This document shows positions 15,842 to 25,553 of a stretch of 56,662 nucleotides of DNA, piece after piece (within the stretch, counting starts at the first letter, position 1; each line of letters starts with the position of its first letter). The stretch comes from a virus. Taxonomy: Duplodnaviria; Caudoviricetes. The notes under the pieces were generated by a model, which worked only from the letters and a program-made list of their open reading frames with translations, was not told where the DNA came from and searched no databases. The position numbers and the translations under genes were made by a program. Where the stretch lies: IMG/VR virus record IMGVR_UViG_3300037634_002773, positions 1-56,662 of that record; one strand, written 5' to 3'.

Positions 15842-18253
15842 ATGGCAGAAACATTAACAGGAAAAACAATAGCAGCTACTTATAAGACTTTGCTTAAAGC
15901 TGGATCAAATAATCCAGTAGCATTAGCAAGTGGCAGTGGATCATCTGAAAGGCTTGTATTTGGAGAAGATGATGCAGCAGATGTAAGAACAGCACTATAT
16001 GTAACTCAAGATAGACTCGGCATTGGGAAAGCTGATCCAGATGCCTCGCTTCATATAGGTAGTGGTGATATTTATATAGAAAGAGGTGGTGAATTAAATT
16101 TCTATGCTGATGGTTCTGGTGAGAGGGCAGGAATAGCAGCAACCAATTCTAGTCCATATAATGAATTGCAATTTTTTATTGGAAGCCATTCAGAAGCAAT
16201 GCGTATTGACGATAGTGGTAATGTCGGCATTGGGACTGATGCACCAGCCACTATCTTTGAAATTGAAAGCTCTGCCTCTGAGACAGCTTTAGGTATTGAT
16301 AATCATGGGACTGATAGTGACCCTGTTATTAGATTTAAACTAAGTGGTACTACAAATTATATGATGGGAGTAGATGATAGTGATTCTGATAAATTTAAAA
16401 TAGCAACAAATTCAATGGCTAATGCTAAAATAACTTTACAATCTGATGGCAATGTCGGTATTGGGACTACTTCACCAGAATGCGATTTGCATATTCAAGA
16501 TGCTACAATTCCCAGAGTTTTAATAGATTCATCAGCAACATCAGGTTCAGATATGAGGGGTATTCTTGATATGAAGGATGGCAACAATGATGGCTGGAGA
16601 ATGGTTTATATTGCAGATGATGCCCAGCAATATTTAGCTTTTGAGGCTATTGAAAATGACTCTCATACTACAGCTATGGTTATAGAGGATACTGGCAATG
16701 TCGGTATTGGGACTACTTCACCAAGTGCAGTATTGCATGTTGCTTCAGGAGCTGCAAATCCAGCAAAAATTATTACAAGTTCTAGTACTAATTCATCATT
16801 GCTAATAGGTAATACATCTTCAGGTACAGCTGCATTAGTTTTAGATGCTTCTAATGGCGATGGTGAAGGTAGTGATTATATGCACCTATGGCAGGCAAAT
16901 GACTTAGATGGTCATATTGATATGAAAGCTTCTGGTTATGATTTAATACTACAGGAATCAGGTGGCAAAGTCGGCATTGGGACTACTACGCCAGCAACAC
17001 CATTACATATATATAGTAGCGATGAAAGTCTAGCAAAGTTTCAATCTACAGATGCTAGTGCATATATACACATAAGAGATAATAATGATAATTGCTATGT
17101 TGGAGTACATGATGGGTCAGGCGATAATATTTCATATATTGGAGGAACAGCTGGAGCAAGTGCACTTAATCTGAATGTAACATCAGCTGGCAATGTCGGT
17201 ATTGGGACTACTTCACCTGATTATCAATTAGAGTTGTCAAAAGATGGGGCAGCTCACCTGGTTCTTTCTTCTTATTCTGATACAGAATCCCATGCACCTA
17301 CTGTAATTTTGCGTCACGCTGAAGGTAGTGAAGCAAGCCATGCTAGTGCTGTTGATAACGCTTGCATATTAGGTCAGATTGTCTTTCAGGGATATGATGG
17401 TGATAGTTTTGAAAGTGGAGCAGCAATAAAAGTTCTTACCAATACTGATTCTGCCAATGGCGATATGAGGTCTGATATGTCATTTTGGACAACTCCAGAT
17501 GCTTCTGCGACTGCTGTTCAAAATATGACAATAAGATATGATGGCAATGTCGGTATTGGGAGCACCACCCCAGGTGCAAAATTTATGGTTGCAGATTCAA
17601 CAACAACAACAACATCAGTAGCTTATTTTTATAGTAATTCAAGCAGTACTTCAAGTAGAAATATAGTATCTATAATCAATGACCACGTTGATGCAGATGA
17701 TGCTGTATGTCTCAGAATTGACCAAGATGGTGGTGATTATATGATTAACGCTGTTGGGTCAGGTACTTTTCGTGTTCAAGCCGATGGAGATTGTGAAAAT
17801 ACTGACAATGATTATGGTGCAATATCTGATATTAGGATGAAGGAAAATATTACAGATTGTACTCCTAAGCTTGATGATATAAACAAACTTCGTATTGTGA
17901 ATTTTAACTTTAAAGATATAGGCGATGGACATAAGCAAATTGGTGTAATAGCTGACGAAGCAAAGGAAGTATTTCCCGCTCTTGTTAAGGTTTCTGATGG
18001 AAGGGAATATAAGGAAGAGAAGGTTCAAGTAACTCCAGCAGTAGAAGCTAAAGATGCAGTATTGGATGGAGATGGGAATATTCAAGAAGAAGCAGTTGAA
18101 GCTGTGGAAGCAGAATATGAAGATGTTCTTACTAGTGAAGTCATAAATGGTTATGAAGACCAACAATCTTTTTCATATTCAATACTAGTACCAATGTTAG
18201 TAAAAGCAATACAAGAATTATCAGCTAAGGTAACAGCCTTAGAAAACGCATAA
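15842..18253 (+). CDS. Tail fibre with GNVGIGT repeats and a C-terminal S74 intramolecular chaperone
   Basis: Six G(N/K)VGIG repeats; SDIRMKENI...IGVIADE...LVPMLVKAIQELS. Confidence 0.9.
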   Translation: MAETLTGKTIAATYKTLLKAGSNNPVALASGSGSSERLVFGEDDAADVRTALYVTQDRLGIGKADPDASLHIGSGDIYIERGGELNFYADGSGERAGIAATNSSPYNELQFFIGSHSEAMRIDDSGNVGIGTDAPATIFEIESSASETALGIDNHGTDSDPVIRFKLSGTTNYMMGVDDSDSDKFKIATNSMANAKITLQSDGNVGIGTTSPECDLHIQDATIPRVLIDSSATSGSDMRGILDMKDGNNDGWRMVYIADDAQQYLAFEAIENDSHTTAMVIEDTGNVGIGTTSPSAVLHVASGAANPAKIITSSSTNSSLLIGNTSSGTAALVLDASNGDGEGSDYMHLWQANDLDGHIDMKASGYDLILQESGGKVGIGTTTPATPLHIYSSDESLAKFQSTDASAYIHIRDNNDNCYVGVHDGSGDNISYIGGTAGASALNLNVTSAGNVGIGTTSPDYQLELSKDGAAHLVLSSYSDTESHAPTVILRHAEGSEASHASAVDNACILGQIVFQGYDGDSFESGAAIKVLTNTDSANGDMRSDMSFWTTPDASATAVQNMTIRYDGNVGIGSTTPGAKFMVADSTTTTTSVAYFYSNSSSTSSRNIVSIINDHVDADDAVCLRIDQDGGDYMINAVGSGTFRVQADGDCENTDNDYGAISDIRMKENITDCTPKLDDINKLRIVNFNFKDIGDGHKQIGVIADEAKEVFPALVKVSDGREYKEEKVQVTPAVEAKDAVLDGDGNIQEEAVEAVEAEYEDVLTSEVINGYEDQQSFSYSILVPMLVKAIQELSAKVTALENA
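16216..17561 (+). repeat. DNA-level repeats inside the fibre gene
   Basis: TGGCAATGTCGGTATTGGGACTACTTCACC is exact at 16447, 16693 and 17188; variants at 16216, 16963 and 17542. Confidence 0.9.
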
Positions 18254-18271
18254 CAAACAAGGAGAGTAATA

Positions 18272-18514
18272 ATGGCGAAAGCAAAAGAAGTAGAAACACA
18301 AGGCAAGTCAGTAGAGGAGCTGAAAGAAATAGCTCAGACCTTACAGACTCAACTTAATGAACATCAGAGGCAAGCTAATCATCATCAGACGATGGCAACT
18401 AAGGCTCAAGGAGCTCTAGAAGTACTACTACAACTGATTCCAAAAGAGGAAATTGAAGAGATGGTAGAAAAGGAGAAGGATAATAGCAGTAATGGAGAAG
18501 TAGTTGAAGGTTAA
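18272..18514 (+). CDS. Small coiled-coil protein
   Basis: AGGAG SD; helical sequence; follows the fibre gene. Confidence 0.75.
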   Translation: MAKAKEVETQGKSVEELKEIAQTLQTQLNEHQRQANHHQTMATKAQGALEVLLQLIPKEEIEEMVEKEKDNSSNGEVVEG

Positions 18515-18785
18515 AGAACTTATGGAACGTGTTGGCATGACTCAAACAGGTCGTGCCATTGCGTATATTAAGGATGGATTGGATGAGATGAATATGATGG
18601 CAGAGACTCATGTCACTACTGAACGTATTGATATTGCTGAGAATCAAAGATTCTATGATTTTCCAAATGACATGATTAAAGTTATCGACATTAGATGTAA
18701 AAATCATGGTAATGCGGCAGATGAGTATAGAAGTGTACCAAGAGCTATAAACCCACCAGCAACGGAGGACGCAGATGGCATCTAG
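18504..18785 (+). CDS. Adaptor-like protein, N-terminal part
   Basis: YIKDGLDEM...NQRFYDFPNDMIKV resembles adaptor N-halves. Confidence 0.55.
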   Translation: MKVKELMERVGMTQTGRAIAYIKDGLDEMNMMAETHVTTERIDIAENQRFYDFPNDMIKVIDIRCKNHGNAADEYRSVPRAINPPATEDADGI

Positions 18786-19473
18786 TAAATATTATGCTTA
18801 TTACATAAGGGGGAGGCAGCTTGCTGTTGTTCAGCACGATTATACGCTTGGTAGCGGTCAAACCTTATCTCAACCAGGATTAAATTCAGTAGGGGCTAGG
18901 GGTGATGTGTTGTGGAAAAGTCCAACTGAAGCAATTGCAGATGGTATAGAGATAGAGTATGCTTATAGTCCTAGATATAGCATTGATGAGACTGATGACA
19001 AGAATACCGCTATAGATACATATGTATCGCTTGATGGATTGCTTAAAATTATAGATCAAGGAGATGATGACTACTCCGCCTCTCCTGAAAGTTTAAGTGA
19101 TGGAAGCTATATAGTGCTAAAGAAAGCTGGGAGATGGAATGGACTACATAAAGTTAAAGCAGCTGGTGTAGGATATATCACCCTTTATACACGATTTAGT
19201 GGCAGTGCTAGTGTGCAAAAAGCATTTGAAGAAGCTCCAGAATTATACTATAATGTATCAGCGCTACAAGATGAGTCAGATACGATAGATCTCCCAGAAT
19301 ACTTAGCTAAAGCCTTGGTGTATTATGTAAAAGCCAAGATCGCTGAGGATAGGGGTGAATTAGAGCAAAAAGAATATAATATGCGCGAGTTCAAGCGCTT
19401 ACTAGAAAGAAATGAGAGCTCAAAAATATGGGGAGCTCGAAGGATAGGAACAGACGAAACAGCAATCAAATAA
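18775..19473 (+). CDS. Adaptor-like protein, C-terminal part
   Basis: DTIDLPEYLAKALVYYVKAK...YNMREF resembles adaptor C-halves. Confidence 0.55.
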   Translation: MASSKYYAYYIRGRQLAVVQHDYTLGSGQTLSQPGLNSVGARGDVLWKSPTEAIADGIEIEYAYSPRYSIDETDDKNTAIDTYVSLDGLLKIIDQGDDDYSASPESLSDGSYIVLKKAGRWNGLHKVKAAGVGYITLYTRFSGSASVQKAFEEAPELYYNVSALQDESDTIDLPEYLAKALVYYVKAKIAEDRGELEQKEYNMREFKRLLERNESSKIWGARRIGTDETAIK

Positions 19474-19475
19474 CA

Positions 19476-19504
19476 GCCCATTCACGCCAGTCATGGCTTA
19501 GGGC
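19476..19504 (+). promoter_or_regulatory. Candidate cis-regulatory RNA motif, copy 2
   Basis: GCCC-ATTCAC-GCC-loop-GGC-TTA-GGGC immediately before the AGGAGG SD of 19516. Confidence 0.65.
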
Positions 19505-19515
19505 AGGAGGTTAAA

Positions 19516-19890
19516 ATGGCAAGAACATCGGGCTTACACGCCTTTACAGTACAAGAGGCTACAAATTATGAAGCCTTTACATCATGGAACTTTCAGGCAA
19601 TAGATGTTAGTGGTGATGCAATAGATGATCCAGGCGTTACTGCAACTTATATAACATCAGCTGATCCAGCAAAAAAGGTTATTCTTTACGATAAGGGTGG
19701 ACTACTAGAGGCTGCCGATAGTATATCTATTACTTTAAATGGAGAAACAGATGCCAATAAGGTTATTATTGTAGATGGTTCAAATTTACCATTCACACTA
19801 TCAGGCTTAACTATTACAAGCTTTAAAATAACAATACCTGATGGAGATACTACCGCTAGTGAAGAGCTAGGCTTAATATCATTCCATTAA
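19516..19890 (+). CDS. Virion structural protein (hypothetical)
   Basis: Strong SD; beta-rich. Confidence 0.75.
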   Translation: MARTSGLHAFTVQEATNYEAFTSWNFQAIDVSGDAIDDPGVTATYITSADPAKKVILYDKGGLLEAADSISITLNGETDANKVIIVDGSNLPFTLSGLTITSFKITIPDGDTTASEELGLISFH

Positions 19891-19900
19891 GGAGGATATA

Positions 19901-20863
19901 ATGTCAATATTTGGAACAAAGAAGCGCAGAATCCCTGTCAGTAAGGATGATATTAAGAAGGCTATTAGAGCTGCCAATGATAGATTCAAAAGAGTTAATA
20001 AAAGGTTAGAGCAGGATATAGTTGATAAGAAAAAGTCTCTTTCGTCCATTGGAAAGGAAGTAAGCGTCCACAATAAAGAGCTTAAATCAATAGCATCTGA
20101 AATAGGATCTGCCAAAAGCGATGCAATCGGAACTAAAAAAGAAGCCAGTAAAGAGCGTGTCAAGCTGTCTAAGCTCAAAAAGCAGCTCACTGAAGCACTT
20201 GCCGATAAAGACATTGCTCAGTCAGAGTTAAACAATTTAACTAAAGAATCAAAGATATTAGATAAGAAGGTCGTTAAGATGAATGATGACCTAGCTATTG
20301 TATCTTCTATTAAGGGAGAGCTCAAGCTATTAAAGTCTGATAAGAAAGAAGAGTCAGAAGAATTGAAGAAAATAAAAAGTGAGGCTGATGGCATTAAAAA
20401 AGAGTTATCGAAATTACGGGCAGAATCTACTGCGAAGAAAGAAGTACATAGAGAATTACTTTCTACACTTGATGCGGAGACTGAGATTAAGCAGAAGGCC
20501 TTAAAAGCAGTTGATGGTGAGTATGCTATCAAAATAGCTGAGCTCAATACAAAATTTATCTCTTTAGAAGAAGCTTTAAAAGATAAAGCGCAAGAAGACG
20601 AAGTTATGGATTCATTAATAGGCAAGAAGGAGCAGGAGTTTATAGAATGGGAAGTTAAATGCAGAAAAGCAGAACATATGCTTATGAAAGCAAAAGAATT
20701 GGCTGATGATCAAATAGAGCGCTCCAAAAAAGAAATTGATAGACAGCAAGAAGCGGCCAAAAGATGGAAGGTTGGTTTTTTTGAAGAGATTGCAAGGGTT
20801 AAGCTTAAAAAGAAAATAGAAAATATAGAAATGGCAGGTCTCAAGGAGGCTTTTGATGGCTAA
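19901..20863 (+). CDS. Lys/Glu-rich long coiled-coil protein
   Basis: AAGGAGG SD; heptad-rich composition. Confidence 0.8.
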   Translation: MSIFGTKKRRIPVSKDDIKKAIRAANDRFKRVNKRLEQDIVDKKKSLSSIGKEVSVHNKELKSIASEIGSAKSDAIGTKKEASKERVKLSKLKKQLTEALADKDIAQSELNNLTKESKILDKKVVKMNDDLAIVSSIKGELKLLKSDKKEESEELKKIKSEADGIKKELSKLRAESTAKKEVHRELLSTLDAETEIKQKALKAVDGEYAIKIAELNTKFISLEEALKDKAQEDEVMDSLIGKKEQEFIEWEVKCRKAEHMLMKAKELADDQIERSKKEIDRQQEAAKRWKVGFFEEIARVKLKKKIENIEMAGLKEAFDG

Positions 20864-22253
20864 TGTAGGATCGGGCACAAGTAGAATTATTGTAGATGCT
20901 GATGGCGAGGCAGCAACAGTCACAAGTAATCGTCTGGATGTAAATGCATACCTATCAGCCACTCCCACAATAGATATTGGTGATGTATCTCTATTACTTG
21001 GAGGTACAGCAGCTGATACTGGCTTAGGGACATATGGTGCACAAACTCTTCGTGTTACACTTGCAAGTGATGATTATCAATTTGGGGCACATGATGATGG
21101 TGCATCATCTACTGGTTCTATTCATGCAAAACTAAGAAGTATATTTAATAGTCTAGCAATACTACCTAACATACAAACATATACATCCAGTACATCACAG
21201 GTTGTAGCTCATGCTTCAACAACTACAGGTGGTGAATATGCAGAAGGTGATGGTGGATTTATGGCTACTGGAGTTAGAAATGATACTCTTGCAACTCTTG
21301 TATCAGTTGACCATGACCATGCTCCACTACAAGTAAATGCTTCTGGTGCATTATATGTAGATATTGCTGATGGTGGTCAGTTAGATACAATTATAGATAC
21401 ATTAGAGACTACATTAACAGCTATTGAAACAGACCAAGCAGCTATTGAAGCATTACTAATTACAATTGATTCGGATACCGATGCAATTAAGACAGCAGTG
21501 CAGATTCTTGATGATTGGGATGATAGTAACTATGCAAATGTAAATCTTAATCTTGCTGGTTCAGATGCTCCAACTGGTGGTGGAGTTGAATCTGGAGCAT
21601 TAAGAGTGACTCTTGCTAATGATTCAACTGGAGTTATTAGTATTGATGATGGTGGTAATACAATAACTGTAGATGGAACAGTTACTGCAAATCTTGGCAC
21701 TACAGATAATGCTGTACTAGATGCTATGGTTATTAATTTAGCATCTATTGAAACCTTGCTTACTGGCATAGATTCTGATACTAATAATACACAAGGCTTT
21801 TTATCAAATCTAAGTGGTGCACAATATGTAGATGATGCTGATTGGACTGATAGCACAAGTAAACATTTACTTGTTGGTGGCTTATATCAGTCTTCAATGC
21901 AGAGCGTTACAGATGGAGATGTTGCCCCATTCCAAGTTGATGCTAATGGAGTAATAAAGGTTGCTCACGCTATTACTGGTGGGGCAGATGGCGTTACAAC
22001 TGTATCATCCGCTGGTACTGATGTAGTGCTTGGTGGTGATGTTGCATGTAAAAAGATAGATATACAGGCTCAAACGGATAATACAGGACTTATAGCGGTA
22101 GGCTTTACAGGAGTAGATGCAACTGAGGCTACTGGTACTGGCGTTATATTGTATGCTGGCGATACATATTCTTTAGAAATGGTAAACTTAAACTTAATTT
22201 ATATTGATTCAACTGTAAGCGGAGAAGGTGTGAGATACACCTATTTTACATAA
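20853..22253 (+). CDS. Fibre-like structural protein
   Basis: Internal repeats LRVTLA(S/N)D, IE(A/T)LL..IDSDT and APxQV(N/D)A. Confidence 0.75.
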   Translation: MMANVGSGTSRIIVDADGEAATVTSNRLDVNAYLSATPTIDIGDVSLLLGGTAADTGLGTYGAQTLRVTLASDDYQFGAHDDGASSTGSIHAKLRSIFNSLAILPNIQTYTSSTSQVVAHASTTTGGEYAEGDGGFMATGVRNDTLATLVSVDHDHAPLQVNASGALYVDIADGGQLDTIIDTLETTLTAIETDQAAIEALLITIDSDTDAIKTAVQILDDWDDSNYANVNLNLAGSDAPTGGGVESGALRVTLANDSTGVISIDDGGNTITVDGTVTANLGTTDNAVLDAMVINLASIETLLTGIDSDTNNTQGFLSNLSGAQYVDDADWTDSTSKHLLVGGLYQSSMQSVTDGDVAPFQVDANGVIKVAHAITGGADGVTTVSSAGTDVVLGGDVACKKIDIQAQTDNTGLIAVGFTGVDATEATGTGVILYAGDTYSLEMVNLNLIYIDSTVSGEGVRYTYFT

Positions 22254-22837
22254 TGGCTTCTAATAAAGTCAGTCCAAATAAACATAATCTTGTACAAGAC
22301 ACTAAGCTAGCTGCTACAAAGAAGCTATATCTTGATGGTGGTGGTGATACCTATATTTATGAAAGTGCTATTGATACTGTAAGATACGTTGTAGGTGATG
22401 ATATTGTAATGATACTAGCAGAAGCAGGTTCTAATGGTAATACAGTTCAGTTCGGTACTTCATGTGCAGGATTTACAGCCTTTCAACCAACCTATAATGC
22501 AACAACTACTTATGTGCGTTTTGCGGCAGAAGGACAAAAGGCTGAACTATTACTTGATGGTGGCAATATAACAAATTTAAGACTTGTTTTCCCTGATGTT
22601 TCTTGTAATTGTGTTTTAGTAATAAAACAGGATGGAACAGGTAGTCGAACTATAACTAATTATGAAACTTATGACCAAGCAGTTGGAAATGCATCTACTC
22701 TTTATTTTCCCAATGGTGGCACAAGCCCGACTTTAACTACTACTGGAAATGGAGTTGATATACTTTCTATATATTGGGACAATACTCAGCATATAGCTTA
22801 CGGAGTAATGAGTTTAGATTTTGAGGCAAGCTCTTAA
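22253..22837 (+). CDS. Tail-associated protein
   Basis: KLYLDGGGDTYIYE and IKQDGTGSRTIT...PTLTT..GVDILS motifs, typical of fibre accessory domains. Confidence 0.7.
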   Translation: MASNKVSPNKHNLVQDTKLAATKKLYLDGGGDTYIYESAIDTVRYVVGDDIVMILAEAGSNGNTVQFGTSCAGFTAFQPTYNATTTYVRFAAEGQKAELLLDGGNITNLRLVFPDVSCNCVLVIKQDGTGSRTITNYETYDQAVGNASTLYFPNGGTSPTLTTTGNGVDILSIYWDNTQHIAYGVMSLDFEASS

Positions 22838-23385
22838 TGGCATTTAAAGATACTATATTAACTTTTGAAGATGATAAGATTTTAACTGAAGATGATGGAG
22901 AAGTAATGATGTCATGGGAAGCTCCAATAATGGAGAAAAGTGCAGAATATATTTGTCAAAGCAAAGGAGATATTTTAGAGATAGGATTTGGTATGGGTAT
23001 TTGTTCAGACTATATACAAGCACAAGGAGTTAATTCTCATACAATAGTAGAGATACATCCACAAGTAATTGAGAAGTTAAAAATATGGGCAGTAGGCAAA
23101 TCTAATGTTACAGTCATTGAAGGCAATTGGAATAGTGTAGAGCTTGGAACTTATGATGGTATATTTCTTGATACTTATGGGGACTTAAATTTAGATAGGT
23201 TTAAATCATTTGCTTTATCTAAAGCAAAAGATGGAGCAAGGATAACATATTGGAACAATGAAGAAAATGAACATAATCCATACTTATTTGATTCTGTTAG
23301 TTATGAAACAGTAAGTATTTCTCCTGATGAAAATATTTATACAACAATGAAAAGTAATTATTATATGCCAAAGGTAGAAGCATAA
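22837..23385 (+). CDS. SAM-dependent methyltransferase, GAMT/Rmt2-like
   Basis: VMMSWEAPIM, ILEIGFGMGI, HTIVEIHP, VIEGNW and YDGIFLDTY match GAMT/Rmt2 motifs. Confidence 0.85.
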   Translation: MAFKDTILTFEDDKILTEDDGEVMMSWEAPIMEKSAEYICQSKGDILEIGFGMGICSDYIQAQGVNSHTIVEIHPQVIEKLKIWAVGKSNVTVIEGNWNSVELGTYDGIFLDTYGDLNLDRFKSFALSKAKDGARITYWNNEENEHNPYLFDSVSYETVSISPDENIYTTMKSNYYMPKVEA

Positions 23386-24074
23386 TGCCTACTATTACAA
23401 CAACTGCTGACAGTTCTGATGGCTGGGCAAGAAATGCTGTGCCATTTGCTAGTGGTTGGGTAGCTACACAGGGGGATGAAACTACAACTGGGACTGGTAG
23501 TAAATTTACAACTTCATATTATAGTTTTGGTGTATATAATATACGAATGGCTGGAAGGGGTGTTGATACATATTATAATGCAAGAAGTTTTTATGAATTT
23601 GATTTAAGTGGAGAATCAGGAACAGCTACTTCTGCTACTTTTAAATCAAGAATGGATCACATGGGTGTTGGTACAGGAACTGAAGATGAAGTTATTATGG
23701 TAGCTGCAACAGCTTTAGCTGGGAGTAATGCTGACTATGGTAATGTGTATAGTAGTGGAACTACTTGGGGAACAGCTTATTCATCAAATACTGCAATAAG
23801 TACAACTCTTGGTGTTCAAACTATAACTTTGAATGCTGCTGCTATAACTGCGATTAATAGTGCAATAGGTAGTGGTAAATTTATTTGTGCAATGGTTGGT
23901 CACTATTTTGATTATTTAGGTAATACTCCACTTTTAGCAGATTCAGGAAACCCATACACAAAAATACGGCTTGAGTTTTCAGAAGCACCAGCATCATTAA
24001 GACCAATATTAACAACAACCACCTCTGGAGCAGCAGTAACAGATAACGCAGTATTTTTTGGAGCAAACTTTTAA
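23385..24074 (+). CDS. Structural or receptor-binding-like protein
   Basis: T/S/G/A-rich; RSFYEFDLS..SG.ATSAT motif; coupled. Confidence 0.65.
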   Translation: MPTITTTADSSDGWARNAVPFASGWVATQGDETTTGTGSKFTTSYYSFGVYNIRMAGRGVDTYYNARSFYEFDLSGESGTATSATFKSRMDHMGVGTGTEDEVIMVAATALAGSNADYGNVYSSGTTWGTAYSSNTAISTTLGVQTITLNAAAITAINSAIGSGKFICAMVGHYFDYLGNTPLLADSGNPYTKIRLEFSEAPASLRPILTTTTSGAAVTDNAVFFGANF

Positions 24075-24517
24075 TGGAAAAATCAATAAAAAAGATTATT
24101 AGATGGACACTTGAGTATCTACATATGGATTCTGAGGATGCTAGGGATTTGATATATAAAACTGGAATGGCTGAGTCTGGTTATAGGGCACTAGAGGGCT
24201 ATGGTAAGAACCCAGCTATTGGGTTCTGGCAAGTAGAGCCTTTTACCATGTTTGATACAATAGATAATTATATAAATTATAGGCCTGAGCTTAAAGCTAA
24301 GATATATGGTTTAGGATATGACGAGAAGGATGCAGAAATGAGGCTCATGTCAAATATGTCATTACAGGTTGCATTTTGCCGCTTAAAATATAGGCGTGAC
24401 AAATATGCGCTTCCAGGCATGGATGATATGGAGGCTCAAGCAAAATATTGGAAAAGAGTATATAATAGCGAACAGGGACGTGGAACTGTAGAGCATTTTA
24501 TTAAGGCGAATGGATAA
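24074..24517 (+). CDS. Lysozyme-fold protein, probable endolysin/transglycosylase
   Basis: TGMAESGY...GFWQVEP...QAKYWKRVYNS..G.G. Confidence 0.7.
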   Translation: MEKSIKKIIRWTLEYLHMDSEDARDLIYKTGMAESGYRALEGYGKNPAIGFWQVEPFTMFDTIDNYINYRPELKAKIYGLGYDEKDAEMRLMSNMSLQVAFCRLKYRRDKYALPGMDDMEAQAKYWKRVYNSEQGRGTVEHFIKANG

Positions 24518-24684
24518 TGGATACGTTAAGAACTGTGTTAAAATCTCCGATAGGGGCAGCTTTAGAGGGTACGCTGGGAATACTAATTACACTTTGGGAT
24601 AGGCTCCCAGAGATAATTAGGGTACTGATTGGGATGGCAACATTTATCCATATTCTAGTTAGAATAAAGAAGGATATAAAATGA
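24517..24684 (+). CDS. Holin-like membrane protein, 55 aa
   Basis: TAATG and ATGA coupling; two hydrophobic segments and a basic C-terminus. Confidence 0.6.
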   Translation: MDTLRTVLKSPIGAALEGTLGILITLWDRLPEIIRVLIGMATFIHILVRIKKDIK

Positions 24685-25553
24685 TATGCCCTTATTGCAT
24701 AAGTGGTATAACCGAGCTGGCAAAAAACAGCACGACTAATGACAAGTATAAATGCAAGTCATGCGGAAAGATATTTTATGCTCCTAATGAGAGCTTAGTT
24801 ACTAATGAGCCATGTATGGATATCGAACCAGGCAAGGTTCTCAAGGTGTCGTATGATAAGGCTATTAAGATCCATTGTGCTACGGACGTTCATCATGGCG
24901 CAAAAGAGCATCATTATACTAAATTTAATGAGCTTATAGAGGAGGTAGACTCTGATCCAGATGCAAGATGGTTCTTAAATGGCGACAATATAGAGTTTAT
25001 ACCTCCTAATTATAAGATATCCCAGAGAGGTCAAGTGATGGAGCCAGATGAGCAGCACCTCACATTTATAAAAAGAATTGAAAAGATTGCAGATAAGTTA
25101 TTATTTATTAGGGGTGGTAATCACGATATGACTAGAAGTGTCAATCTTTTAGGTGTTGATGTGTGCAAGCTCTTGGCGGATAGACTGATGGTTCCATACT
25201 TTAGGATGCCTGGCTATAGCGAAATACAGATAAAAGACAGGAAATGGTACATGGTATCAGGTCATGGGAAAAGTGGCGGAAAAAATGGAGATTTGGAACT
25301 AGATAAGATGGCGGCAGTCTATAGTGATGGAGATGTTTTTATACTTGGACATAACCACCAGCTGTATGCAAAGCCACTTGACAGTGTTATGGTTGATGGA
25401 GACGAAGAAAGGTTACACAGAAGATGGTATTGTCGGGGTGGAAGTTTTTTGAAGTACGCTGACTATGCGCGGTATAGTTTTTACCCAATTGTACGCGCAG
25501 GTTGGGTTACGATAGAATTTGGAGAAAATGAGATCAAAACGTGGACAAACTAA
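24681..25553 (+). CDS. Calcineurin-like metallophosphoesterase with an N-terminal Zn ribbon
   Basis: CPYC...CKSC; DVH, GDNIE, GNHD, HG and GHNH motifs. Confidence 0.9.
   Translation: MICPYCISGITELAKNSTTNDKYKCKSCGKIFYAPNESLVTNEPCMDIEPGKVLKVSYDKAIKIHCATDVHHGAKEHHYTKFNELIEEVDSDPDARWFLNGDNIEFIPPNYKISQRGQVMEPDEQHLTFIKRIEKIADKLLFIRGGNHDMTRSVNLLGVDVCKLLADRLMVPYFRMPGYSEIQIKDRKWYMVSGHGKSGGKNGDLELDKMAAVYSDGDVFILGHNHQLYAKPLDSVMVDGDEERLHRRWYCRGGSFLKYADYARYSFYPIVRAGWVTIEFGENEIKTWTN

Noticed and set aside
16216-17561. CRISPR array or DGR target in the tail fibre
   Set aside because: The repeats are in-frame coding with 225-354-nt spacing; no cas or RT gene and no adenine-specific TR/VR pair was seen
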